DNA of 64,000 bases from Squalus acanthias (GCA_030390025.1 CM059431.1:110920001-110984000), one strand, 5' to 3'; counted from the stretch's first letter, positions 22,896-37,136 are shown. Translations and numbers: made by a program. Notes: generated by a model from the letters alone, not told the origin.

Positions 22896-23649
22896 GCTAT
22901 ATAAAATATTCCGCCACCGCACCACCCCCCCCCCCACCACCCCCACCGCCCCCCCCCCCCAAATCTCCATGCCCAACAGGCAGCCTCTGGGAGCTTGCAT
23001 GCACTGGGTCAGAATTTATGAGTGCTATTGCACATTAAAGGGCTGCAGCAACCTTTAAAGCAAATAGAACTGGTATTGAGAAAATTACTTTGGAAGGAAG
23101 CTGAGTTTCCTGATTAGTGCTTTAGCAGAACAATTGATGTAGCAGCGAAAGATGCATCATGAATTGAGTGCAAGTCCTGTTCTGGAGACACAGAAGTCTT
23201 GGCTATCAATGCACAAGAAGATGGCAGACCAGAGGAAAGGTGCCAAGATAATGCTACCTCACAGATTCCTAGCGCAAGTTTCTACCTCAAGTATCCATAT
23301 CAAAAATTGTGCCCTCAGAAACTGTTATCTTTCAGCTGCTCACTCCTCCAAAACTTACATGCAACTTTGCAGCTCTTAGAATGCATGCATGGCCGTATAG
23401 CGGAATGACACATATAGAGGCTGCCACTTACATCTGAAACCACTGTCAAATTTAAATCTTGGTGGGGCTTTACACGGCAAATCCTTTTAGCATGTCCTAG
23501 TTAATGACACATAAGACGGGCTGCAGGATGAGAATATGTCTGCCACTGAATGTGATCATTAAACTTACAACATCTCAAAGCAAAATGCTTTGCTTTCAAG
23601 ACAAGATGTCATATAATAAAAGGAGAACAGACACGAACTGAAGGGGGGA

Positions 23650-24272
23650 AAACCAGAAAGTTAAAGGCCTTGCCTCCCTTTGAGTGACATCGTTCTTTCT
23701 GGAGGGCCTCCAGGCCCTTGGGGGTAGAGGGCTTGTCTTGCAGTGTTGACCCCCTGCATAAAGCTGGAGTGCTGCGTGCGAGACCCTGGGTGCCCCTTCC
23801 CTGGCTTGCTGAGCCATTTGTGTTAGTGCTGAGGCACTTTTCCCATTTTTTGAGGTTAGGAAGGGAATTCAGCTTTAAGAGCTGAATATTCACATTTGGA
23901 ACTTCTTTTTAATGTTAAATATTTTTTAATAGCCAGAAAGGTCTGAAAATTGCATTGTTTCACTTCATTTTAATTTGTATTGCTTCAGTGTGCATGGCCC
24001 CTTTAATTCTCAGGCCTCTTCATTGCCCACAATTCCTTGCGAGCTCCACAGCCTCGCTTCCAGAGGTTGTGCGAGGCTCAAACGTCACACCTGCACACAA
24101 ACTTTGGGTCAGATTCCTCCAGCAACGCCACCAGGACGACATTGCATGGCAGGTAAGCACTGCGCCAACAATCTCCATCCCCCCCAGATGAATTTTGCTC
24201 CGTTAGCATTGCGGCCATTTTCAGCGGCTGTTAACTCCGGCAACTTTACTGGCTAACACGAATTTCTCCCCC
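23650..24272 (-). mobile_element. Harbinger end relic with start of the Myb gene
   Basis: MAQQAREGAPRVSHAALQL resembles the Myb N-termini of the other copies. Terminus GAATTTCTCCCC. Confidence 0.6.
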
Positions 24273-24552
24273 TAATTCCCTCCACCACCGGCGCACCGTG
24301 GCTGCAGTGTGTACCATCTACAAGATGCATGACAGCAACTCAGCAAGGCTTCTTCGGCATCACCTCCCAAACCCACGACAGCTACCACCTAGAAGGACAA
24401 GGACAGCAGGTGCATGGGAACACCACCACCTTCAAATTCCTCTCCAAGTTACACATCACCCTGACTTGGACATGTATTGCCGTTCCTTCAGTGTCTCTGG
24501 GTCAAAATCCTTGAACCCCCTACCTAACAGTATTGTGAGAGTACCTTCACCA
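24273..24552 (+). mobile_element. LINE 3' fragment (ORF2 C-terminus; partner family of SINE B)
   Basis: Reads LHHRRTVAAVCTIYKMH...SFSVSGSKSLNPLPNS. Overlaps in sequence with the reverse complement of 59685-59937. Confidence 0.7.
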
Positions 24553-24689
24553 ATCCATTACAAAAATCTGTATTGAAAAAAATGTCCAGTTATTTCAGAG
24601 ACAAATGGATACATGCAAATATTAATAACCTGGGTACATCACACTTAGATGAGGATTTTGCTCAGCTGCTAAACTCATGTTGCATAATG

Positions 24690-24805
24690 TTCAACAACAA
24701 CAACTTGCATTTATATAGCGCATTTAACGTAGTAAAAATGTCCCAAGGTGCTTCACAGGAACGCTATCAAACAAAATTTGGCACCGAGCCACATGCGGAG
24801 ATATT
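24690..24805 (-). mobile_element. L2 LINE 3' tail
   Basis: Matches 55483-55600, including the (CAA)n tail. Confidence 0.75.
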
Positions 24806-24814
24806 ACGCATTGC

Positions 24815-26430
24815 CGGATCGAGAGCCGATTTAGGTCAACAGTGTCGCCCCCACCACCTGGCTCCAGTATCGAAAGAAGCTTCATGATCTCAGACCACTG
24901 GTCATGGTCAGTGAATGCATCTTCAAAAGCCGTCTCCTACCAACTGCACCACTAGCCTCACACACTGCTCACTGCACGACCCCCGCCCCCAATCACTCAC
25001 CTACCAGCAATCTGCACCAATCGCGAGGCACTTCTCCCATTCCTAGCCTCACCTTACCTCCTTGGAGGAGATGGTGCAGGCCATTCTTGGCAGGAGCATG
25101 GCTAAGCCCTTGGCCCTCATCTTCATACATTATCCTCCTTCTGGCATGCACCTCTTGCTTTCCTGCCCTCCCCTCACCACAACTCCACCCTTGTGCCTTC
25201 CTCATTTCACACACCCAAGAAATGCAGCCTGCCCAGCCAGTGGTTGGCCAAGAAGAGGGAGAGGAGAGTGAAGAAGAAGAAGAAGAAGAAGAAGAAGAAG
25301 AAGCACCGTCACTCGATTTGACACTCCCAGCCACCAGCTGCTCAAGATCGACCAGCAAGGCCATTTGAAGTCCCCCACTGAAAGTAAGCAGCCTTCCACC
25401 AGCCATGCTACAGCCACTGGGGTAGCACTGCGTGACCTCACTAGGATAGGCAAAGGCACACACAAGACAGTCATTAAGAGAATTCATAAGGGTGATGTGT
25501 TGATTTCTGATGTCACATTGGATGGATAGACGTATATAGGCAGATTGGAAAATTTGCTTTGTGGTGGCTTTTATTTCAGCATTGTGGCCAAGAGGACGTT
25601 GTGATGGTCAGTAACAGAGGGAAGGTAAGGTGTGGGACTAATGCTGAAAGGGGAATTGGGGCTGTGGTCACTGGGACCACAGGCGGATGATTCCATCCCG
25701 GATATCCCGGCCACAAATGGGCAGTCTGGGATGCATCCTTCCGTACGATTCCTCCTCTTCGGCGTCCTCCTCTTCCCTCTGCAAGCGGGGATGTTGTAAA
25801 TGTGAAATGACAGCGTGAAATGACAATGTAAAATGCTGGAAATACTCAGCTGGTGAAACAGCACCTCAACCTGAGACGTGGACTCTTTTTCTCTCCACGG
25901 ATGTTGCGTGACCTGCTGAGTATTTACAGCATGTCCTGTCTTCTCAAAGGCCTTCAATTACCTTCCGAGCTCTTGAAAATATCCAGCAGCACTCCCTACA
26001 TACTTAAAAAAAACTTTCCACATCGATTGCAGCAGGCCACCACTTCAATAAAATAAAAATAAAAAATCCAAAACCATAAATCCAAACTTACATGAATGAG
26101 GTGTGTGTCCCTTTAGGAGGTGCAGATTTCGCCTCTGTCAGCCTGCTTGCACGCCAGGTTAACATGGCATGTTTAGGTCCCAACGCTGAATTCAGCGCTA
26201 GGGTCGAAGTTAGCGCTTGCGACGTAAAGTCGGCGTTGAACTTCGATTTACGTCACAACGGCGCCATTTTGCTGGAGATGGCACTGCCAGTTACCGGCAA
26301 CGCAAAGATAGGGACCAAAATGGTGGCTGCCGCGAGGCCCGACAGCAACTGGCGATAGAGCAGCGGCCGCCGTTTTAGCGCCAATTAGTGGTGCTATGGA
26401 GTGGCGCTAAGGCCACGAATTTCTCGCCCT
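24815..26430. mobile_element. Harbinger relic: Myb gene exons on +, transposase 5' region on -
   Basis: Plus strand reads TWLQYRKKLHDL followed by a GT donor, then LTSLEEMVQAILGRS, then an acidic exon with (GAA)n. Terminus GAATTTCTCGCCC at 26430 with TAGCGCC/GGCGCTA motifs. Confidence 0.7.
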
Positions 26431-27274
26431 CAATGTTTAAGGTGGTGGATGGGCTGCTGATCAGGCGGACTGCTTTGCCCTGAATGGTGTTGAGCTTATG
26501 AGTGTTGCTGCAGCTGCACCCATCAAGGCAAGTATTCCATCACACTCCTGACTTGTGCTATGTAGGTGGTGGAAAGGCTTTAGGGAGTCAGGAGGTGAGC
26601 CACACAGCGCAGAATACCCAGCCTCTGACCTGCTCTAGTTGCCATGGTATTTTTGTGGCTGGTCCAGTTGAGTTTTTGGCCAATGTTGATGGTCGGGGAT
26701 TCGGCGATGCTGATGCCATTGAATGTCAAGGCGAGGTGGTTTGTGTACTGATTTCTGCTCAGTGGTGGAAGCGGGTGCCTGTGGCTTAATTGCTGGCGAA
26801 TTGGGGCTGGGTGTTGGTCGGTAGCTGGAGGTTGTTGTGTGTATCCCTGCTCAGTTTGGGGAGATGGGTGTTGGTGCCAGGATTTCTGCTCAGTAGGGTG
26901 AGGGTTGAGGGTAATGCCTGTTTTTTCTGCATGGTGGGGGGCATGGATTGAGATTGATATTTAGCTGGCTGGTGTTTTGCCATGGCTTGTGATGAGTGGG
27001 AGGGGGGAGTTGCCACAGTATCTGCTCTGGGGAGGGATGGGTTTCACGATTCTTTCTGACGTGGAGTTGGAATGGGGTGGGTGTTTGCTTTAGGGACTGT
27101 GTTGGCTTATCTTCGCATACTTCCTTTCTCATGCAGATAAATATTTACAACTTTCTTGGCCACACTGTTTCACTGCTATTGTTCGGCAGTGAGGCCACCT
27201 TCAGTAGATTTGGCAACAGACTCTGACAACCCAGGGATCATTTTTAGGAGATTCATATCATTGGCATGTAAGAA

Positions 27275-27835
27275 AGAAAGTAAGACTTGCATTTATATAG
27301 CGCCTTTCATGACCTCAGAATGTCCCAAAGTGCAGATAATTAGGTACTTTTGAAGTGTTGTAATGTAGGAAACACAGCAGCCAATTTGCGCACAGCAAGC
27401 TCCCACAAACAGCAATGTGATAAATGACCAGATCATCTGCTTTAGTGATGTTGGTTGAGGGATAAATATCGGCCAGGACACCAGGGAGAACTCTTCTTCT
27501 TCGAAATAGTGCCACAGGATGTTTTACCAGAGAGGGCAGAAGGGGCCTCAGTTTAACCACTCATCCGAAAGACTGGCACCTCTGATAGTGCAGCACTCCC
27601 TCAGTTCTGCACTGGAGCGTCAGCTTAGATAACATGCTAAAAGTCTCTGAAGCGGGACTTTAAAAAAAAATAATTTATGGGATGTGGGCGTCGCTGGCAA
27701 GGCCAGCATTTATTGCCCTTGAGAAGGTGGTGGTGAGCCGCCGTCTATGAACCGCTGCAGTCCGTGTGGTAGTTGAACCCTCAACCTTCGGACTCAGAGG
27801 CAAGAGTGCTACCAACTGAGCCACAGCTGACATGT
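27275..27835 (-). mobile_element. Near full-length Deu-domain SINE with a LINE/SINE-B tail inserted in its tRNA head (27661-27770)
   Basis: Deu core and tail at 27275-27660. The head resumes at GAACCCTCAACCTTC...ACTGAGCCACAGC. Confidence 0.8.
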
Positions 27836-29040
27836 GAGCGCTAATGAATTCTAGCCACACAGGTTGCTTTACGCTATTATCTCTTCAACTAGGCTGGTTA
27901 CTGGAAGGCCACGATCATGAGGTTTCTTTTGTGGAAAGGACTACCTGGGGGGTTATTAAGTGTGGAAGATGGATCTGTAACGTAAGTGGGTGTCCCATGG
28001 TAATCTATTGGTCTTGTAACATTCTAGTCACAGTGCCGCCTACAGGAACAGTACCTTTGGAATCCTGAGACCACTACTCACCGGCGGAGAAGTTCAACTC
28101 ATGGTTGCTTGTTGTTTACTGAAAAATATGCAGTCAGAAGTTGAAAATTGGCAGCGAGGGGGACTTGGCCACCCATTGACACCTAAGGCCCATCTGATAC
28201 AATATTCAGACATGCCTGTAAATGGGCGGGCAGCCGAACTGCCTGAAACTGGCCGACGGCCCTTAAATGTGCAAATAAGAGTTGTTGGACCCCGATTGCA
28301 AAATTCAGGTACAAACGCGTGCAGAGTGCGTCACGCATGCACGCTCTTGCCTAGTTGTACCAGGCGGTGAAGAGGAAGAGGCCCCAAAAAGGTAAACAAT
28401 CAATTATTTTTGAGGGGCCAGGAGGAGGGGAAATGGGCCACTGCTACCCCAGGTTCCTGCCCGCCTCTCAGACTGACCTCAACGGTCAGCTGGGTCGAAC
28501 TCTGGGCCACCTGATATTACACTGCCCGGAGCCGATAAGCTGCACTGAGACACAGCTTGGCACCTGGAGCTAACCAGCGGCAAGGAATGGGACCCGAACC
28601 CAAACTGGGTTCATAGTCCCACACCCGCATGTGTTAATATTCAATAGATTGATTCACTTGTGGCAATAAATGGTGCCACTACAAAATTAGAGATTTCAAA
28701 ACACAGAAGCCTGCCTGGGACACAAGTGAGGAATAAAAGAAAGAGAAGAGGAAAAATGCCTCTTGGAATGTCAGCGTTCCCACTTATAAGTTAAAAATTC
28801 ATTATCATGGACAGGTTTCCTCCCATTTTTTATCAGCCTAATTCTGCACCAAATCACAAGTAAATCCATTTGAAACATGGAGAACATTTTTGACGCTCCA
28901 CACATATCCAATTACATTTCCCAATGGGATCAATATTAATGACACCTTAGATGATTAACAAAAATATGATTATAGGTGTGTTGGTGATGTTTACAGTAGA
29001 TTACAGTGATAATAGAAGTCAAGTCTGTTTCAGAGACTAT

Positions 29041-29316
29041 GGCCGGAATTCGGAGACCCGCTGGGAGCAGGGGGGGTGGTTCCCGGTAGAGCATGGGAGA
29101 CCCGGATGTCCGGGTTTCCCTGCACGCTGTGGAGTTTTAACTCCAAGTGCGCGTGTGACGTCACGGATAGGTTCCCCGCCCGAAAGTCAGTCTGATTGAA
29201 AGGCTGGCTTCCAGTCGGGCGGGCAACATGGGACAAGAGGCCGCAATCGCAGGTAGGTGCAACCCCAAATCTGAAGGAATGGGACTCCACACTTGTAATA
29301 GTTAATTTTCAGGGCC
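29041..29316. mobile_element. Short Harbinger-type MITE
   Basis: GGCCGGAATT ... AATTTTCAGGGCC termini with a CpG-rich interior. Confidence 0.5.
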
Positions 29317-31627
29317 AGAGAGATTGTCTGGTCGCAATTAACACTTATCACATCGTTATAAGGATACTTAGACTGGCATGGACAAGACTTAACTTTCTGT
29401 GCCAAGTTTAGTTCATATCTACCGTGCAAATACAGCAACCTCACGGCGTGCAATGCAATGGTGAGCCAAACAGTGAGATGCCGTTTTCGTGAAGCTAACA
29501 GCAGAGTGGCACATCTGGGGCAGCAACTTTTGGATTTCTGCATTTAACCTCGCCTGAAGTTGCTGTAGCATGTGTGCATAAATAACAGTGTTATACAGAC
29601 TCGCCATTAGCTTGACAGCAAATTATGACCCATGCAAATTTTTGCATAAATATGGGTTTGGACAAGGCAAAGATTTGATGGAATGGTTACGACAGTGCTA
29701 TAAACAATGAGAATGAAATGAGTAATTTAGAAACCAGAACGCAAGAACTGAATTACTATCTTAAACTTACTGCCGGAGGGTTTATACTTTGTTTTAATTA
29801 TATTTTGGTTAGGTTTATGTGGCTGGCACTACACTACACTAATACTAGTTTATTTGTTGCAGAATACAACAAAATATGCTATGTATTCTAAAGTTAATTT
29901 ATAGTGCTCTACGCCAAGGCTCAACATTGATTTCATCCAGTGGGAGATGACTTGATGCTTTAGAGGACTGTTCTTAATAAGCATCATTTGAAATTCTGGC
30001 AGGGCTTCTACAGTTTTGGAGAACGATACTTCCTACTCATTCCCCAAGTTATGCGATAGTACTCAGCATTTGCAGCAGGTCTGGCTTAATGGGATTGTGC
30101 CCGAATTAGCTAAACAATTTAATCACAATTAGTACCCCACTGCAACGCCCAATATAGCAAACAGGAAGAGTGTAAGTTTACCCAGCAGACACATGATAGG
30201 AGTTAGCCAACAGGAAATGCAGGAATAGAATCCTCTGATCATTGGGCATTCTCAGCAGATGAGAGGGGAGATAGAAACCGCTTGGGGTGGCCGTTCTAAC
30301 TTACAGAAACATAGCCAGAATATATGATGTCGAAATTTACGACCAAAAAACTAATTGCTAAAGAGCTAATTAAAAAAGAAAATGTGAAGACTGTCTCGTA
30401 TTTGCTGAGAGTTGTTTACTGTAACTATCCATTATTTGTAGGTGTACGTTAAAGCTTGTAGTGTCACTTTTGTTAATCTACAAAGTTGAATATAAAATTT
30501 ATCTTCCTGCAAATCAGTAGATCGACTAGTTAAATCAATGTTTGCAACTTTACTGAGGCTCCTCTGATGGTTCAGCTGGTTCAGGCAGTGACTAGCTGAA
30601 CCATATGGATCAGGAAGGTTCCAGGTTTGTGCTGAGTTAGTTGATCTCAGCCAGGCAACAGTAGGAGTGCTTTAAGTCCCCTCTGTGTCGCTGGACTACA
30701 GAGGAGATAATCAGCTAGCGTCCCCATTCTTGCTTGCCATCCAGCAACCCCCTGCAGGAAATGGAGGTTGTGTGAGGCCAGAATCGGGATCAGCTGTGAA
30801 GAGCCCACTGTCAAATCTTCACTGTTTTTTGGCTTCAGACCTGAAGAATGGCCATTTGGATAAGGTACTTGAGGGTGACAGTTGCCCAAGAAACTATACC
30901 CCAGCAAGGAGCCAATGCCTTCAGAGGAGGAGGAGGGCCTAAAATTGGCAGCGGATAAGAATGAACCATACTGAGAACAGTATCATCTAAGAGTAATCAG
31001 TCTGCACAGTTTCTTGAGGGACTTAGACTGTTCCACAAAAATTGTAACTTAGAATGTGTGAAAAACTCCAGTTAGAAAAAAAATTCCTTTGAAACAAAAT
31101 AGCAGTGGCAATTAAGATTGTAAATTGGTTTATTTTAAATAGTTTTGAAATATAGGATAAAGCGTTTTGGTCTTAAATAACTGTAGATTTTGCTGTGTGG
31201 TGTATTTATTCACTATTGCAGACACAAAGCTCCAGCCCATTTATTCATTATGGTCCAGTTTATGTGTTCAAGGCATCCATTTCTCTGCTGGTCTACAGGG
31301 AGATGAGCGTTCCATCCATCCAAATTGTTTGTTTCCTTGGTAACCTGGGGAAAAGAATATGAATCCAAGGCATCTATTACTCTGGGGATCTCGAGAGGAT
31401 ATCCATTCAAGCCACCTGCGTCTCTGGCACGCTGTCAGTCCAAAGTTCCCATTATCCTGACTGGGGGTTGGGTAGGATTCTTTTCACCAGCCTCTTGTGT
31501 ATTAGTGGTGTTTATTTAAAGTTTGGATTCCAAGACAGACCACTAACATTTCAAAATTTGAAAAATATGAACGCTTATATCTAGATTCTAATCCAGCTTT
31601 GGGTCCAAGGTTCTTCCTCTGGTAACT

Positions 31628-31775
31628 TCTTAGAATCATAGAATGAAACAGCACAGAAGGAGGCCATTCGGCCCATCGTGCCTGTGCTGGGTCTTTGAAA
31701 GAGCGATCCAATTAGTCCCACTCCCCTGCACTTTCCCCATACCTCCGGGAAATTATTCCCCTTCAAATATTTATT
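31628..31775 (-). mobile_element. CR1 3' end fragment
   Basis: The minus strand carries the CR1 terminal motif GATGGGCCGAATGGCCTCCTTCTGTGCTG..TTCTATGATTCTA. Confidence 0.75.
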
Positions 31776-34532
31776 CTTAATCAGATTTACTGTAGATTTA
31801 TCCTATTTTTTTAAAAGCCACAGATATATTCTCCATCTGTATGTTTTATCTCTGAACAGATTATCCAAAACTAGCTTCCATCTGTAACTTGCTCTACCGC
31901 TAGCCATACCTTCCTTATCTGGCTTCCTTTTGATCATGAGCTCTTTAGTTAACCTCTAATTACTGAATCCCATTCCTGACCTTCTTCAAGATTAGGAAGG
32001 CTTATGATAAGGGAAATAGTAATGGGTTATCTCCACTGGTCAGCAAGATGGTAAAGAGAGGACACACATTTATGACTATTAAAAAAAAGAGTTTACAAAA
32101 TATTTCTTGACATGGAAGATGGTTAGAATATGGAATTCTCAGGCACAAACCACTGCTGAATAAGTGTCTGTAACTTCTATAAGCGAGTTAAATAGTTGTT
32201 TGTAAAAGAGGAATATTAAAGAGTATGGGGAGCGAGCAAGAGAGTGGAATTCTATGACTTGCTATATCCCTGTTCCCAATAATATCAGATGATTAAATGT
32301 GGCAGAAAAATGCAGCCTTACAAGATTGGATTTCAAAGCACATAGAACCAAGCATTTAAAAGCAAAATCTGGTATCACTAAACCAGTTGTTCAATGTTGC
32401 CGCGATTTCAAACCCAGGCACATTCCCATCCCTGAACTGGTGCAGTCGATCTTGTTTTCATACAGATATGCAACCATCCTGTACCACTGAAACTCCTGGA
32501 TTATAATAATGACTTCAATGTGGCAAAGCCTACTCAGAATCGGATAAGAGTTCAGTGTAATAAAGCACTGGTAGGTGTCAATCCTTTGCCCCAGTATCAA
32601 ATATTTAACCACCTTTGCAAGAAAAGGATGTTCTTTCTTTGTTGTGTAACCTTTCATTGTGTTTGAGATGGTCTGAAGCAGTATCACATGTAATGGATTT
32701 CAGAGTCCACTCAAATCAAATGGCATAATGGAGGAGCCCATTCAGCCCTGAGTATACAACATTACAGAGCAAAGTTTCACTTGCAACCTTCTACTTTCTG
32801 ACTTATCAATCACAACTATATTGCTTTAGGTAGACAGTCCAGCGGAGAGCAGTCCAGATTATTCCTGAGAACTTCCTAGTGCTACACTTCAGAATGCCAT
32901 TGACAATGGCCTGGGAGCAAGTCAGACGTTTAGAGATATAGAAGGGGATAATTACTTAAAAAAAACAAATCTTACACTCACTAAAACAACATACTTTGGA
33001 ACAATAGTAACAAAGTTCTGTGCCTCTCAATTTTAAACAAAGATATGCATTCTGAATTAACCATCATGAGTGTAAACATATTTGGAATCGTAAAGTTTGC
33101 CTACAATTGCTGAATTACTGATCAGCTTATCTTTTTTTGTTCCATAATTTAATAATTATGGGGAATCTCCAGGAAAAGTAACCTTAGGAGCACCCTATAG
33201 ATTTTTTTTCTGCTCAACTAACTGATGAATTATCAACTTAGGAAATAATTGAATAAACACCATAAAAGACAGCTAAAGGCAAATCACTGTCAAAAGGCTT
33301 GTTTCTAAAGCGGGCGTGCCATTTAAATATGATGAGGAAAATCTTATTGTCAATTATTACTTCTCAGAAAATGACTCAAATATCTCTCAAACTGGCTGAC
33401 GTTCATTGAATAATTCAAACAAATGTTGTAGTCTATCTATAATATATCAAAAATCTTACATCTGTGTGCACTTCCCATCAGCTTTTCCATTATAAATTCC
33501 TATGTCTGCAGTTAGAATGGAAACTGTCTATGTAAACTTGTTAGGCTGTAGTTATATCCTCCTGCCAGTGGTGGCACTACAGCACCTGTGTTTTGCACCT
33601 TCCAACTCCTCAGCTTGCATTGCAGAGAAACTCTTAGGCACCAACAAACTCTACTTCTCTGCTTCCCAAGTTGCCGGATATTTTGCTATTTAGTTGTAAA
33701 TATTAAATTAAAATATTGTGCATATGACTTTAAAATGGGGACTAAGTTATGTTTGCATGCTCCGGTTCAATAATCTCCTGCCATCTACCCTTACTTCACC
33801 TGAAGGCTACACTTGGTCTTGAATCTCTATGATGCAGCACCACGGCTAGTATTTTACATTTTATTTTCAATGTGTTTTCTGTGTTCTTATTTTAGGGACA
33901 AACCCTCACAACTAACACTTGCAGTAGAACGTGTGTGGCACTCAGACCCATGCACCAAGCATAACACAGCCCACATAAGGTTCACAGATAGCACCTCGCT
34001 CTCTGCTGCTTGATCTCTGGAGAGGATGTGGCCAAGCTGGCATGTCCTGCACGGCATCTGTGCGTGACCCTAGATTCAATCATATTGGGCAATGAACAGA
34101 GATAACACAAAAATTGTGACCAATAGTGTGATTCCCACACATTCACTCCCTTTTCTGTCAAGCTCACCTAAGGTGTAAAGCTGTATTCGCCCCCCGCTTC
34201 CCTGCGAGCCCCCCTCCCCGCCATGCCACCAGCAGCATAAATATCTGTGGGATATTTTTTTGTTCTGAACATGTAATATATGGCTTCTGCCTAGAACTGG
34301 CAAATGAGCAAGCAGCTGGGACATCTTCTTGCCATTTGCCATTTAAAATACCGCGCATGCGTGGATTTTCTATTGAAAAGCCGGCTGCACGGGTTCCTTG
34401 GGGCGCTGCACGGCTGTGTGGCTGTGCAGCTTACAGGGATCATCGTACCTGGTCATTCATTTCATTGCTATTTGTGGGATCTTGTTGAGCTCAAATTGTC
34501 TGCTGTGTTTCCTACATTATAACAGTGACTAC

Positions 34533-36280
34533 GGCCAAGATTTCGCTGACCTCGGTGGGTGACGTCGGTGGCGGGTCGCGACCCCGCTGCTGTCTCCATC
34601 CAGCTGTTCGAAATGAATTTCCGTTGATTGGGCTTGTTAAACCCGCCCTGCGCATTTCCCGGCCAATTAGAGGAAGTGGGTCTGGTGACATCATTTGATG
34701 ACGTGTCATCAGCCGGTTTCCTTAAAGGGACCATGGTCAAATTTATTTTGACATGTGTGCTGTCAGTGTTCTACAGCATTGAGGTTCTGCAAACACTGAC
34801 AGTCACTGCACAGAGGCAGAGGGCTGCACCCAGGCTCTCCCATGACTCCCTCCATATGCTTATGAGGGAGTCACAGCACGCAAGGAGGTCCTCTTCCCTT
34901 CCCATGGGTGGAAGAGACCTCCCCAGGAGATCAACACAGCCTGCTTGCACATTGCAGAGGAGGGCACAAGCAGGGATGTGGTCAGGAGAACCTGGGTGCA
35001 GTGCTGCAAACGTTTCAATGATCTCAGTAGATCACAAAACGTTAGTACAAAGCCACACTCGACCTCATCCTTCTGTGCCTCTCATCACATCCCCATCACT
35101 CTGCCTTCCCTACCCTACTTCTGCACATCCTTACTCACACCAACTTACCTTGCACCTCCACCCATCCCTCTCTCTCTATCTATATTATCACAACCCCATC
35201 TTACTAGCCACCCCTCACACTCACCCTCACCATCATACCAATTAACAACACACAAGGGTAGGCACTTGAGTGATTTATGCAATGTTCATGTAAAGTTTCT
35301 GTTAATGTGGTGTCAAACTTTGAAACCTTTATTTTCAACACTTTCCATTCTTGGACTGATTTGTGTGCACCTTTGGAAGTGGCTTAGTGAGTTGCAGTGA
35401 ATGGTGAGACATAACGGTATCCCCCGCAATGGTGATGAGTGTGAAAGGAATGGCTTGGACATTGTAGGGATGCTTTATGGTGCTGGTGTGGGGTGGTGCC
35501 AACCTGGTGCATCATGTGGCAGCCAGGGTGTACAGCATCAGGTGAAGTAAATTTGGCCATGCTGAGGCCATCCCTGGCCTCCCAGGCAGCAATGTGGTCG
35601 GGTGCTGATGCCCTCTGTCCTGTGCAATATCAGTTGATTGCGGAGAAGGTTGGTGTTGATGTTGGTGCTGCTGGTGTTCCTGGTGATGCTGGTGTTGGGG
35701 CTGATCGTGGTGGGATTCTGAGGACCAAGGTGAGAGAGTATAAAGGGCAACCATGCTGATAGAATAGATGGCAGGTGAAGTAGAGATGACAGAAGTGATC
35801 TGTCAATGGTGAGAGAGGTAATGAGGTCAGACTGGATGGAGACTTGTGTAAAGACTTGCATCATGGTTGTGGAAATGCAGTGAGGAAGGGCTTGTGGCTG
35901 AGGGAACATGTCTCACTCAGCTGGGAGCTTTTACTTGACATTTGAAGCTGTCAACTCATCAGCTGATTCAATGGCCACTGACCTCCCGCCTCAGCTTCAC
36001 AGACGTGGTCTGGCAACAGCGTGAAACCCGTGGGTGACCTGTCAAATTCAAAAGGTCAGTTTAAAACTATTGTTAAGTGGCTGTAAACAAGCCACTAATC
36101 ATTTAAATTGGCTCCCCCGCCGCTGTGTGTCGGGTCTGCTCAGCGCTGGCAGACCCGACATTTGGTAAAGGCGCGTAGCGGTAGGTTCACAGCTGGGCCC
36201 CGAACCGTTGGGGAAAATAATCACTTTCCCACCCAACCCACCACCGATTGCGCCCGCTGACCCCCCGGAAAATCTTGGCC
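34533..36280. mobile_element. Non-autonomous Harbinger (1748 bp) with a Myb/SANT exon-1 remnant, inserted in a Deu-SINE
   Basis: Perfect 11-bp TIR GGCCAAGATTT/AAATCTTGGCC and TAC TSD (34530-34532, 36281-36283). Plus strand ~34810-35040 reads RAAPRLSHDSLHML..RKEVLFP..RRTWVQCCKRFNDL with one frameshift. The SINE sequence GTGACTAC|ACTTCA is split at the site. Confidence 0.9.
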
Positions 36281-36874
36281 TACACTTCATAGCTTGAGGT
36301 TGTGAAAGGCACTATATAAATGCAAGTTCTTTTTTTCAATGTTTTTCCTGTAAAAAAATTATAGCTTGTTTAGTTAAAGTTTGTCAGTTTCTTGTTTGGA
36401 TTTGTAATGAAATAAAGTTTTTATATCTCATTGTTTTTCTGATAGTTTCTGAGAAGTCTCTGGCAAAGTTCTTTCTTAAAGGCAGTGGCCCAATTATTTC
36501 CCTAGTGGTCTTTCATCGCAGGTGTGCGAACAAATTTAGGGCTTTTACTTTGCTCCATTACTTTTTGAATATTATTCTAGGCCTAGCGCTTTGCCAGTAT
36601 TGAGAGAGGCGACTTGGCAGGAGTTTTGCTGTTCGTCTAGACAATGGTGACCACACAGATAAGACCAGTTCCTGTGTGGTGTAGCTTTGCTACTTTTTGT
36701 TTTAAGAGCGAAGTATTAGTGAAAAGTCGCTACTCACGGCTTCTTCAGGAAGAATCCGACAATCGTCGATGATGTTTTATACTGTTTGTTACATAACTTA
36801 CCTGTTTTTTTCGTATCACCATTCTTTCCAGGCACGCAGTCCTACGCGGTCACATCTGCATAACATTTTTAGCA

Positions 36875-37136
36875 TCACTCATCGCTCCACCACTGGCACT
36901 CGTGCCTTCAGCTGCCAAGGCCCTAATCTCTGGGACTACCTCCATAAACCTCTCCGCCTCTCGACCTCTATCTGCTCTTTTAAGACGCTCCTTAAAACCT
37001 ACCTCTTTGACCAACCTGTCCTAATATCTCCTTATGTGGCTCGGTGACAAATTTTGTTTGATAATCGCTCCTGTGAAGCGCCTTGGGATGTTTTACTTCT
37101 TTGAAGGCGCTATATAAATGCAAGTTGTTGTTGTTG
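36875..37136 (+). mobile_element. L2 LINE 3' fragment
   Basis: Reads RAFSCQGPNLW..L...FKTLLKTYLFDQ, followed by the GGCGCTATATAAATGCAAG(TTG)n tail. Confidence 0.85.

Noticed and set aside
22912..22960. C-rich tract as a regulatory element
   Set aside because: Simple low-complexity sequence with no further support; the same applies to 40545-40585.
36725..36755. Possible hammerhead on the minus strand (CTGAAGAAGCCGTGAGTAGCGAC)
   Set aside because: No GAAA box and stem II is poor.
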